Below are positions 52,407 to 61,996 of a stretch of 64,000 bases of DNA, in pieces (within the stretch, counting starts at the first letter, position 1; each line of letters opens with the position of its first letter). Source of the stretch: an uncultured Nitrospinota bacterium (GTDB lineage Bacteria > Tectomicrobia > Entotheonellia > J063 > CAVPRW01); NCBI GenBank assembly GCA_963707985.1, contig CAVPRW010000014.1:192001-256000 (forward strand). The letters are read 5' to 3'. Made by a program: the position numbers and the translations under genes. The notes beneath the pieces were generated by a model that saw only the letters and a program-made list of their open reading frames with translations, was not told where the DNA came from and searched no databases.

Positions 52407-52895
52407 ATGGTGAGAATGGCAGTCTACCCCGGGACGTTCGACCCGGTGACCAATGGTCATATCGATGTGATGGAGCGCAGCCTGCGGCTGTTTGACCGGG
52501 TGTATGTCGGTGTCTTCGATAATATCTCGAAGTCGGTACTGTTCTCCAATCAGGAACGCATCGATATGATCCGACAGGCCACCGCGCATCTGCCGGGCCT
52601 CGAGGTCGAGGCCTTTCACTCATTGCTGGTGGATTATGCCAAGACGCGTGGGGCCTGCGCCATTATCCGGGGGCTGCGGGCGGTCTCCGATTTCGATTAC
52701 GAGTTTCAGATGACGCTGATGAACCGCAAATTAGACTCGGTTACTGAAACGGTCTTCATGATGCCCAGCGAAGAATACGTCTACGTCAGCTCACGCCTGA
52801 TCAAAGAGGTTGTGGGCCTGGGCGGGCGGGTGACTGGACTGGTGCCCGATTTCGTCGAAGCAGCCCTCATGCAGCGCCTTGGCAACCGGAAGTAG
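52407..52895 (+). CDS. coaD: Pantetheine-phosphate adenylyltransferase
   Basis: YPGTFDPVTNGH, RGLRAVSDFDYEFQM, VSSRLIKEV. Confidence 0.96.
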   Translation: MVRMAVYPGTFDPVTNGHIDVMERSLRLFDRVYVGVFDNISKSVLFSNQERIDMIRQATAHLPGLEVEAFHSLLVDYAKTRGACAIIRGLRAVSDFDYEFQMTLMNRKLDSVTETVFMMPSEEYVYVSSRLIKEVVGLGGRVTGLVPDFVEAALMQRLGNRK

Positions 52896-52906
52896 GAGAG
52901 GGACGT

Positions 52907-54103
52907 ATGGCACTCGCACGACGTATGGCAGGGTTCACGGAATCTCCGACGCTGAGAGTTTCGACCATCGCGAGGAGGCTGCGCGCCCAGGGTCGTGATG
53001 TGGTGGATTTCGGCAGCGGCGAGCCGGACTTCGATACCCCAGAACATATCAAACAAGCGGCCGTCAAAGCTCTGCACGAGGGGTTTACCAAATATACGAC
53101 CCCTTCGGGAATCGATGAGCTCAAAGATGCCATCGTCGACAAACTCAAGCGCGACAACGGTCTCCTGTATAATCGGGAGCAAGTCGTGGTGTCCTGTGGC
53201 GCTAAGCACACGCTGCACAATCTGGCCCAGGTCTTATTCGATCCAGGCGATGAGGTGATCTTACCTAGCCCTTACTGGACGACGTATGAGACGATCATCC
53301 AAATGGCCGAGGCCGTGCCGATCATTATTCCCACCACTGAGCCAGAAGGCTTCCGTGTATCCCTCGACACCCTGGAGCGTCACCTGTCACCTCGAACGAA
53401 GGCAATCATGCTCAACAGCCCGAGCAATCCCACTGGCAGCATGTATCACCACGACGAGCTCGCAGCCATTGCGAAGCTAGCGATGGGACGCGGCATGTAT
53501 GTTATCGCCGACGATATCTATGAGAAGATCATCTTCGACGGTCGGGTGCATACCAGCATCATACAGCTCATGCAGGAGACACCGCAATTGGGGATCCTGG
53601 TGAATGGCTTCTCCAAGACCTATGCCATGACCGGCTGGCGTCTGGGGTATGCCGCCGGTCCACGTGAGATCATCGCCGCCGTAGGAAACTACCAGAGCCA
53701 GACAACCTCCAACCCAACGTCGTTTGTCCAAAAGGCTGGAGTCGAAGCCTTACGTGGGCCGCAGGAGGCGGTCAGCCTCATGGTGCAGGAGTTTGAGCAG
53801 CGCCGCAACTATGTGGTGGAACGTTTGAATGCCATGGATGGGCTGTCCTGTTTCAGGCCTATGGGAGCGTTTTACGCCTTTCCCAACGTCAGTGCCACTT
53901 ATGGCCAGCGCAGTACCTCGGGCCAGATCACCGATTCCGTCAGCTTTGCCGAGCATTTGCTGCAGACCGCTGGCGTTGCCGTGGTGCCGGGAGCGGTGTT
54001 TGGCGACGATCGGTGTATCCGTCTGTCCTTCGCCACTTCGATGGAACAATTGCACACCGGCTTGGATCGGATTGAGCAATTCGCCAAAGGCCTGCAGGCC
54101 TAG
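52907..54103 (+). CDS. Aspartate aminotransferase-like class I aminotransferase
   Basis: GEPDFDTP, GAKH, NSPSNPTG, DDIYE, SKTYAMTGWRLG. Confidence 0.92.
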   Translation: MALARRMAGFTESPTLRVSTIARRLRAQGRDVVDFGSGEPDFDTPEHIKQAAVKALHEGFTKYTTPSGIDELKDAIVDKLKRDNGLLYNREQVVVSCGAKHTLHNLAQVLFDPGDEVILPSPYWTTYETIIQMAEAVPIIIPTTEPEGFRVSLDTLERHLSPRTKAIMLNSPSNPTGSMYHHDELAAIAKLAMGRGMYVIADDIYEKIIFDGRVHTSIIQLMQETPQLGILVNGFSKTYAMTGWRLGYAAGPREIIAAVGNYQSQTTSNPTSFVQKAGVEALRGPQEAVSLMVQEFEQRRNYVVERLNAMDGLSCFRPMGAFYAFPNVSATYGQRSTSGQITDSVSFAEHLLQTAGVAVVPGAVFGDDRCIRLSFATSMEQLHTGLDRIEQFAKGLQA

Positions 54104-54140
54104 TCAGCGGGTCTACGGTCTGGGAGGCGATGCTCGGGCC

Positions 54141-55002
54141 TCAATTGGCCGCTTTGACACAGCGAAAGCCGAACGAGGTCATCTGTGAGTGTGGTAAGGC
54201 ATACTGCCGGTGGTAACCATTGGCGGTTGAATGTGCGTAATCCCACGAACCCCCGCGCAGGACTCGGTATTTGTTGCGCTCTTCATAGCGCGTTAGCGGA
54301 TTGCCCGGATACGGGGCGAAATAGTCTTCAACCCATTCGGAGACATTGCCCGCCAGATCGTACACTCCATATTCGCTCACATCGTCCTTGAAAGCTCCCA
54401 CAGGGGCGGTCTGTTTTCGGGCACTTTCCGAAGTGTTAGCCTTACCGTCCCCCCAGTCGTTTCCCCAGGGATAGAGTTTCCCTTTGGCGCCACGTGCCGC
54501 TTTCTCCCACTCGGCCTCGCTGGGGATGCGTTTTCCGGCCCAGGTACAGAACGCCTTGGCGTCCTCCCAGCTGACCAGGACTACTGGATCATCTCCCTTC
54601 CCTTCTGGATACATGCGCTTCTGCCAGTCCCAGAGGTAGGGCTTCACAGCTGCAGCATCGGGCTCATGGGACCAAGGAATCTTATAGCTGGTGGCATCGA
54701 TGAAGCGCTTGTAGCGTTTGTTGGTGACTTCATATTTGTCAATAGAGAAAGCTGGCAGATTGATCCGGCTCACGGGGAGCGTGTCGTACCCACCCTTATC
54801 ATAGCCCCTGATGAACTCTCCGGCGGGAATGAGGACGACTTCAGCCTCGTCCATCATCCCGCTCGACAGGCGTGTTTGATGTGCCGGCTGCGGCAGTGCC
54901 GGCCAGATCGTGCTGCCTCCAGGCGTGGGGCACGACCAACAGGCCGAGCAGCGCACCGATGACCAGCATGCCTTTCCCCAGAGCTAGACGCCCAGGGGCC
55001 AT
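54141..55002 (-). CDS. Formylglycine-generating enzyme (SUMF1)-domain protein with N-terminal TM/signal (split by a +1 insertion near 54851)
   Basis: IPAGEF, IDKYEVTN, PVVLVSWEDA, PSEAEWEKAARG, DLAGNVSEW, RGGSW, GFRC. The hydrophobic N-terminus joins in frame if one G is removed. Start is uncertain. Confidence 0.82.
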
Positions 55003-55170
55003 GTCAGACGACTTCACGCGTAGGTCCCGATCCCACATCCACGTACGACGCATGCTCATCTTCCTCAGCATAGGAAACGCTACCCGGAATACCAAGAGAA
55101 AAGGGGACCCAGGCGACGACATCCCGGATCCCCTTTGGCTATCAGCTCAGCTCGCCAATCACCTGCCCAG

Positions 55171-56359
55171 CTAGCGCACCAACACCTTGAACTCGACACG
55201 CCGGTTCAGACGCTCGCCCTTCCGCGGTACGGTTGTCCGCAATCGGCCGTGATTCGCCGTAGCTCAGCGGTGTCATGCGCTTTGGATCGACCTGATGCCT
55301 CAGCACTAGATAGCCCATCACGACCTCTGCACGTCGCTGGCCAAGGCCAAGGTTGTACAGTTCGGTCCCAATCGAGTCGGTGTTGCCTTCGATGACCACG
55401 CTCAGGCGCGGATTGTCTTTGATCTTTTGGGCAGCTTCATCCAGCACTCGTCGGCCAAGCGGCGTGAGCCGCGATTTATCGAACTCAAAGTGCACAGATT
55501 GCAGCACAATTGTCTCAATGACTGCCTGGGGCGGCGCAACTGGGGGTGGTGGCGGTGGTGGTGGCGGTGGCGGCGGCGGTGGCGGCGGTGGCGGTGGCGG
55601 GCGGTGCGGGAAGTGGAACGCTATACCCGCCGTGGCCATGTTGAAATCGTACCCGGTGACGCCAGGAGCCATTACCCGTTGACCACTCCCCATGTTCCAG
55701 GTCACGGGGAACACATGCACGTACTTATATTCGGTATAGAGGGCCACATTCGGCGAGAAAAAGTATTTCAGACCGGCAATGCCCTGGGCTCCCCAGGCGT
55801 CCGCGGAATCGTCCACCTCGCCGCCGACAGGTCGGTTATCCATACTCATCTGGGCATTCACCCAGCCACCGCCCCCACCGATGTACGGTTGCAGGCGCCC
55901 CTGCGGGAACTCCTGGCTGCGGAGCAACGGGAGTCGCCCGACCACGTCGAGCATCACGGCAGTGGTGTTAAGACTTATTTGGTTCCCGGTGTTGAGCCTC
56001 AGCCGGGAACCTATGGGACCTTCGTTCACTCCGTTGTCACCGGCGAAGTCCGGACCAAAGACGTTGAAGACATCGAGCTCGAATCCGAGGAACGGCAGCG
56101 ATTCCATGAAGTAGCCGAATTTGCCGCCCAACACCCCTGACGTGTCAAAGCTCTGATTGCCGCGCGTCACGTCGCCCTGCACGGTTGTGGAGGTCGATCC
56201 GACGGTCAAGTCGAAGTCGCCATACTTTAGGTTGTTCACACGGGGGAAGGCGACACCACCGTACAGCCCAAAATACGGTTCTGCAGAAGCCAATGACGTG
56301 ATGACAAGGAGGGAAATAGCTGCCCAGCTAAAGCCCGCTCTGAGTTTTCGCATCCTCAT
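55171..56359 (-). CDS. OmpA-family protein (beta-barrel + poly-Pro linker + peptidoglycan-binding domain; +1 insertion near 55210)
   Basis: Signal peptide, barrel-like strands (LQPYIGGGGG, ALYTEYKY), 20 Pro, VHFEFDKS...IEGNTDSIG...NLGLGQRRA. LNRRVEFKVLVR-stop is restored by removing one base. Confidence 0.88.
55541..55600 (-). repeat. CCN codon run encoding 20 consecutive prolines
   Basis: 60 nt of CCG/CCA/CCC codons on the minus strand. Confidence 0.95.
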
Positions 56360-57682
56360 ACCGATTCTCCCTAAGTGAGAGCGTCCGTGAGCACGTTGTA
56401 CGCACCGCAACGCGAGTGTACCCATCGTCACTGTGCATGCCGATGGGAGCTTACCCGACCAATCTTCTGACCTACGTCCAACGAACGCCTGACGGAACAG
56501 CATCCAGTCTGTGGGGGGAAGAACTTCATCCTGTCGATCTTAGCCATACTTCCTGCGTGTTGATCATTACCAACTCCTTACGTTTCAACTCAGGTCATCA
56601 AGGCCGGCGACACCCCTTGCCCAGAACCGATTCCGGCAGGGCTCCCCCAGACGACACGCGGTGCAAGGCACCTCATAAGGAGGATCGGCCGATCTCGTCA
56701 TACGCCAGCGAGGCTGCTGGCGCAGTACATCTCGAGAAAAAGTTGAATCACCTGAAGGCTCACGTCCCTCCTCCGCCTCGGAGAAGAGGATCACGATGCA
56801 TGCCGCCACCAACCTAGCGAATTAACACCTCAAATTTCGACTAGACGCTTGAGACTCCCTTGCCCCCGTGGGTGCCTTTCGGCAAAGGGGTGTACCTCGC
56901 CACAGCCGAGAGTCGCCATCCGTCTTAGGTCGAAATGGAAAAGTGGGCCCAATGCAGGGCTGAAACACGCTCTGTCAACAGGGCCACTACAATTGATGGT
57001 ATAGGGCGAGTCAATGCTATGGAAGATTGCGCGGGTCTTTTCAGTAGCCCAGTGAGTGCCAAAGTTCCTGGACATGCCGCTGAGCGCGGCAACCCTATCC
57101 CCGAGGAGATGGAGCCCATACATAGGCTCCTGTTCGGGATATGAATAGGTGAATGGATATTCGAAGCCATGGGTTTTCAGGTCGATGAACCGTCCACAAG
57201 GCTGAGTAGTGAAACCAACGGGAGAAAGGCTTGAGCACGCCGATATAGCTGAAAGATCATTCAATCCCTCACGCATGTTCCCCTGGCCGGTTTCGGACTC
57301 GCTGTCTGAGCGTTTGCCTCCCATACTAGCCTGCTTCGGTCCTGCATCCGTGGTTATTCCCCACATGGCAGCTCCAAGCTCCAGATCATGGCAAGAATCA
57401 CCACACTCCCTAGAGGGCAGCGTGATGCCGATCCACTCAAACCCACTGCGGATCATTACCATACCATGTCTGGAAATCGGCGGTGCAGATTTTCTCGAAC
57501 GAGTGGAACGATCCACTGGAGAAATTTCCCCGGCGCAAAGGCTTTTGGAGTCGTGACATCAATGTGATTTTCGATCCCAGGAATCTGGCCCATACGCGCA
57601 CCGCCTGATATCGCACGCCATGGACCTAATCAGGACGCCGTGGCGGCTATCAGAGCTGAGTTCACTATGATCGTAGCTGCGT

Positions 57683-57711
57683 ATACTATCCAACAGCTGG
57701 CATCTTGTCAA
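57683..57711 (-). promoter_or_regulatory. sigma70-type promoter facing the long gap upstream of ompA
   Basis: Minus strand TTGACA-17 nt-TAGTAT. Confidence 0.5.
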
Positions 57712-57982
57712 TCGAAAACCGCACTGCGAGGGTTTTGAGCCGCGTGGATGGCGGCAATGATGGCCGGTGGTGAGCGAGGAGAGTGCTCTGCACGGGCCCA
57801 GGGGAACAGGAACGCTGGGCAGGGCGAGGCAGGAGCAGGTGCCCCGCTACAGGGGGAAAGTATTCAGCGATGAATTCGGGTTGTTCGCTACGAGCGATTT
57901 GCGTATACTGCTGCACGTTGTCACATGTGATTTCTTGCTGCAGCGACATAACCAATCAGTAGGTGGAAACGAGGATCCGCGC

Positions 57983-58681
57983 ATGGTAGACAGCGTCAGC
58001 TCACGCAAAACAGTGTTCGCGTGCTTTGCTCACCCTGACGATGAAGTGGGCGCTCTAGGAACCCTGGCCAATCATGGCGACCGCGGTGACCGCGTCGTGT
58101 TGGCATGGATGACCTGTGGAGAAAATACGTCGATGTCGAAGGCGAAGAGCCCCACTGAGGTGGCCCGGGAACGACGTGCCCATGGACAGGAGGTAGGCAC
58201 GATCATCGGCTGCGAGGTGGCTTTCTTCGATTATGGTGACACCCAGGTGCAATTGACCCGCGACGCGGCAGTGCAGATGGGCCGGTTCATCGCTGAGCTC
58301 AAGCCCGATGCGATCATCACCTGGGACAGCTTCAATAGCCACCCCGATCACCGCGAAACCTCTAAAATCATCATGGATGCGGTGCGCTTTGCACGTCTAC
58401 CACGCTTGGTGGAGCCCCATACGCCCCATCGCCTGGATCTCCCGATCTATCAGTATGTGGATGATCGGAGCCATGATCCCATCGTCTATGTCGATGTCTC
58501 CGAACAGATCGACAAAATCCTCAAAGCTGTGGCAGTCTACTCGGAAGCCTTCGACTGGACGAATGTCGATGAACGCGTGCGGGTGCGTCGGGCCTCCATC
58601 GGCATGCAATGCGGTGTGCGCTATGCGGAGCAATTCACGGTGCGGCGCCGGATTGTCCCGTCCCAGAGCTATCTCGTATAA
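57983..58681 (+). CDS. PIG-L/LmbE-family deacetylase
   Basis: AHPDDE, TCGE, HPDH, AEQF motifs. Confidence 0.88.
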   Translation: MVDSVSSRKTVFACFAHPDDEVGALGTLANHGDRGDRVVLAWMTCGENTSMSKAKSPTEVARERRAHGQEVGTIIGCEVAFFDYGDTQVQLTRDAAVQMGRFIAELKPDAIITWDSFNSHPDHRETSKIIMDAVRFARLPRLVEPHTPHRLDLPIYQYVDDRSHDPIVYVDVSEQIDKILKAVAVYSEAFDWTNVDERVRVRRASIGMQCGVRYAEQFTVRRRIVPSQSYLV

Positions 58682-58767
58682 ATCTCCACCATGGCTCGGG
58701 GCTGCCGTCAGTCTGACGTCGCTGGCGCTCTTGTCCATCAATGCTGGCGTAGCCGAGGGGTTGAGCG

Positions 58768-60003
58768 ATGGAACATCATGACATTCGCATGCGGGGGTTC
58801 GCTACCCGCCATGATGTTGATGAGGCGCTGGCGCTTCTCGTGCCACGCATCACCCCGCTGCCGAGCGAGGTCATTCCGCTCGACGAGGGGCTCAATCGCG
58901 TCCTTGCCGAGGACATGATTGCGGGTTTCGATGTGCCACATTTTGACCGTTCTGCCGTCGATGGCTACGGGGTGCGCGCACGCGATACGTTCGGTGCCTC
59001 CGATTACAATCCCCTCCCCCTGACGCTCAAGGGTGAAATTTTTCCTGGCCGCGCACTCGACCTTACCCTCGGCGCCAACGAGGCCGTGCGTATCATGACC
59101 GGCGCGCCGCTGCCGGCTGGAGCCGATGCGGTGGTCATGGCGGAGTATGCCGAGGAAAATGAAGACAAGGGATACGTCAACATTCTGCAGCCCATTTCTC
59201 CGTTCAAGAATGTTGGCCGCGTCGGTGAGGATATCCGCTGCGGGGATGTGGTGTTGGCGCGCGGCCGCCGGCTGCGCCCTCAGGATCTGGGCGTCCTGGC
59301 CTCGGTTCAAGTGGCCAAAATCCCTGTCTATCGTCGGCCCACAGTAGCGCTGATCATCACCGGTAATGAGTTGGTCCGGGTTGGCGAACCGCTGATCGGC
59401 TGCCAGATCGTCGACAGCAACTCGTTGACCTTGGCCGGTCAGAGTCGACGTTTGGGTGCAGTGCCGGTGCACAAGGGGATCATTGGCGATGACTACCATG
59501 TCATCAAAGACACCATTCAGAAAACCACCGAGGACGTGGTGATCATCGCCGGCGGGACATCAGTCGGCGCCGAGGACTTTGCCCCGCTCATCATCCAGGA
59601 ACTCGGCGAGCTCGTGGTGCATGGCGTGGCGATGCGGCCGTCCAGTCCAGTGGGGTTTGGCTTCATCCGGCAGCAACCGATTTTCCTCATCCCCGGTAAC
59701 CCGGTCTCAGCGCTGGTGGCCTTCGATGCCTTCGTCGGCCCCACGTTGCAGCGTCTGCAGGGCCTGCAGCCCGCTTATCCGTATGCCAGGGTGCGCGGCA
59801 TCCTGACCCGTAAAATCGCCTCTGCCATCGGCCGCGTCGACTTCGTGCGCGTGCGCTACACCGCGGCCGGGGTCGAGCCCTTACGCGTGACTGGCGCCAG
59901 CATTCTGTCCTCGACCACACGCGCCGATGGTTTCGTCATCGTGGACAAGAACTCCGAAGGCCTGGACGAGGGGCAGGAGGTGGAGGTCTACATCTACTCA
60001 TGA
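58768..60003 (+). CDS. moeA: Molybdopterin molybdotransferase MoeA (paralogue 1)
   Basis: FDRSAVDGYGV, IMTGAPLP...DAVVMAE, TGNEL, GGTSVG, PGNPVS. Confidence 0.92.
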   Translation: MEHHDIRMRGFATRHDVDEALALLVPRITPLPSEVIPLDEGLNRVLAEDMIAGFDVPHFDRSAVDGYGVRARDTFGASDYNPLPLTLKGEIFPGRALDLTLGANEAVRIMTGAPLPAGADAVVMAEYAEENEDKGYVNILQPISPFKNVGRVGEDIRCGDVVLARGRRLRPQDLGVLASVQVAKIPVYRRPTVALIITGNELVRVGEPLIGCQIVDSNSLTLAGQSRRLGAVPVHKGIIGDDYHVIKDTIQKTTEDVVIIAGGTSVGAEDFAPLIIQELGELVVHGVAMRPSSPVGFGFIRQQPIFLIPGNPVSALVAFDAFVGPTLQRLQGLQPAYPYARVRGILTRKIASAIGRVDFVRVRYTAAGVEPLRVTGASILSSTTRADGFVIVDKNSEGLDEGQEVEVYIYS

Positions 60004-61982
60004 AACAGGAACAATTTCTCCACGTACTGACGAAGGAAGAAGCCGAGGCCATCTTCCATCAACACATCACTGTGGCGCCGTTGGGTGAGGAGTGCGTGCC
60101 GCTCGATCACTGTCTCGGGCGAGTGTTATCACGCGACGTCGTTGCCGCCGTCGACGTGCCATATTTTAATCGTTCGAATGTCGATGGCTTCGCGGTTGTC
60201 GCCGCCGACACGTTTGGAGTGGACGAGGAAAGTCCCACCGAGCTCAGCCTCAGCGGCGAACACTTGGCTCCTGGTGTCGTGCCGCAGGCGGAGGTCCAAC
60301 CTGGGATGGCCACGACCATCGCCACTGGCGCGATCATTCCGAAAGGGTCCAACGCCGTGGTCATGGTGGAAGACACCGATTGCCGTAGCGACGTGCTGTA
60401 TGTCTATCACCCTGTGGTGCCGGGTGAGAACATCAGCAATGCCGGCCAGGACATCATGCAGGGGGAGACCATCCTGCGCGAGGGGCAAGCGTTATCGTCG
60501 CGGGAAACAGGGGTATTGGCGGCGCTCGGCTGTGCCGAGGTGTGGTGCTACCGCAAGCCACGCGTGGCCATCATCTCCACCGGGGACGAGCTTATCCCTC
60601 CCGGCCAACTGATGACGGAGGGCAAAGTCTACGATTCGAATGCACGCATCATCGCCGACGCCGTGCGGGAGAACGGCGGCGAAGCCTATTTCATAGGTAT
60701 ATGCCCGGACGACGAGACGGCCCTGGAGGAGACAATTCGGCGCGCCCTGGTCCATGACCTGATCATCCTCTCAGGCGGTACCTCCAAGGGGGCTGGGGAC
60801 CTTTCCTACCGTGTCATCGCGCGTTTGGGGCCGCCAGGTATCCTCGTGCACGGTGTCGCCCTGAGACCCGGAAAGCCGTTGTGCCTTGGGGCTGTGGGGC
60901 GTACCCCCCTCGTCATCCTCCCCGGCTTTCCCACCTCGGCCACCGTCACCTTCCAGGAGTTTGTGCAGCCGCTTGTACGCGTCATGGCCGGACTGAACCG
61001 TGAGGAGCGTCATACCATTCCGGCCCGTGCGGCGGTGCGCTTTAACTCCCGCAAAGGACAGCTGGAATACGTGTTGGTCCATGTCGTACGCGGCCAGGCA
61101 GGCTATACCGCCTATCCCATCGGCAAAGGCTCGGGCTCGATGACCACCTTTAGTCAGGCCGATGGCTTTCTAAAAATTCCCACCAACCAGGAGATGCTCG
61201 CCAAGGACGAGGCGGTGCAGGTCCACCTGTTGAGCCGTGATTTACGCTTGGCCGACATCACCATGATCGGCAGTCATTGCGTAGGGGTGGATTTTCTGGT
61301 GAACTGCCTCAGACGGGAAGGTATCCAGGGGAAGATCATCAATGTCGGTTCGTCAGCAGGTTTGCAAGCGGCGCGACGCGGCGAGGCCGACATCGCAGGG
61401 ATGCACTTGCTCGACGAACAGACTGACGAATACAACCGGCCGTTTGTCAAAGCGGGCGATGGGCTGGCGCTGGTGCGAGGTTATGTACGGCGCCAGGGGC
61501 TCCTCTACCGACCGGGGGATGACTGGTCGCAACCGCCGACGTTCGAACGTCTCGTCGGCATGGCTGCAACGGAGGGCAAGCTCGTCCTGGTCAACCGTAA
61601 TCGTGGCTCGGGTACGCGCATTCTCTTTGACATGTGTCTGCGGACCTGTGCTCCGTCGCTGTCGATGTCCTTCGACAAGCTGACGGAGAGCTTGCGCGGC
61701 TATGATACAGAGGCCAGATCGCACAATGCCGTGGCGGCCTCCATCGCATTGCGGAAGGCCGATTGGGGGTTGGGCATCGACACCGTGGCGCATGACTATC
61801 ACCTGGCCTTCAGCTTCATGCAGGATGAACATTATGACTTTGTTATCCCTGCCGACAAGGTATCGCAACCGGCTATCCAGCAGTTTCTCGAACTTCTGCG
61901 CCGTGACACGGCGCGTGCCGGACTGACGCATCTCGGATTTCAGGTCCCTCCTGACATGGGAACGATCCTACTCATCGCCTAA
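60000..61982 (+). CDS. moeA: MoeA fused to a C-terminal PBP (substrate-binding-like) domain
   Basis: MoeA motifs (RSNVDGFAV, STGDEL, SGGTSKG, PGFPTS), then IGSHC...VGSSAGL...AGMHLLD...VNRNRGSGTR...HNAVAA...EHYDF. Confidence 0.9.
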   Translation: MKQEQFLHVLTKEEAEAIFHQHITVAPLGEECVPLDHCLGRVLSRDVVAAVDVPYFNRSNVDGFAVVAADTFGVDEESPTELSLSGEHLAPGVVPQAEVQPGMATTIATGAIIPKGSNAVVMVEDTDCRSDVLYVYHPVVPGENISNAGQDIMQGETILREGQALSSRETGVLAALGCAEVWCYRKPRVAIISTGDELIPPGQLMTEGKVYDSNARIIADAVRENGGEAYFIGICPDDETALEETIRRALVHDLIILSGGTSKGAGDLSYRVIARLGPPGILVHGVALRPGKPLCLGAVGRTPLVILPGFPTSATVTFQEFVQPLVRVMAGLNREERHTIPARAAVRFNSRKGQLEYVLVHVVRGQAGYTAYPIGKGSGSMTTFSQADGFLKIPTNQEMLAKDEAVQVHLLSRDLRLADITMIGSHCVGVDFLVNCLRREGIQGKIINVGSSAGLQAARRGEADIAGMHLLDEQTDEYNRPFVKAGDGLALVRGYVRRQGLLYRPGDDWSQPPTFERLVGMAATEGKLVLVNRNRGSGTRILFDMCLRTCAPSLSMSFDKLTESLRGYDTEARSHNAVAASIALRKADWGLGIDTVAHDYHLAFSFMQDEHYDFVIPADKVSQPAIQQFLELLRRDTARAGLTHLGFQVPPDMGTILLIA

Positions 61983-61996
61983 GGGGAGAGCCCAGG

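Noticed and set aside
54141..54860. FGE-domain (C-type lectin fold) gene as a diversity-generating retroelement target
   Set aside because: No reverse transcriptase, and no second copy (template repeat) of the 3' end was seen in the window.
56830..57516. 228-aa minus-strand ORF as a real CDS
   Set aside because: No recognisable domain, atypical composition and no clear RBS. Left uncalled rather than disproved.
58682..58767. Moco/Wco riboswitch upstream of moeA
   Set aside because: The spacer is short and lacks recognisable consensus elements.
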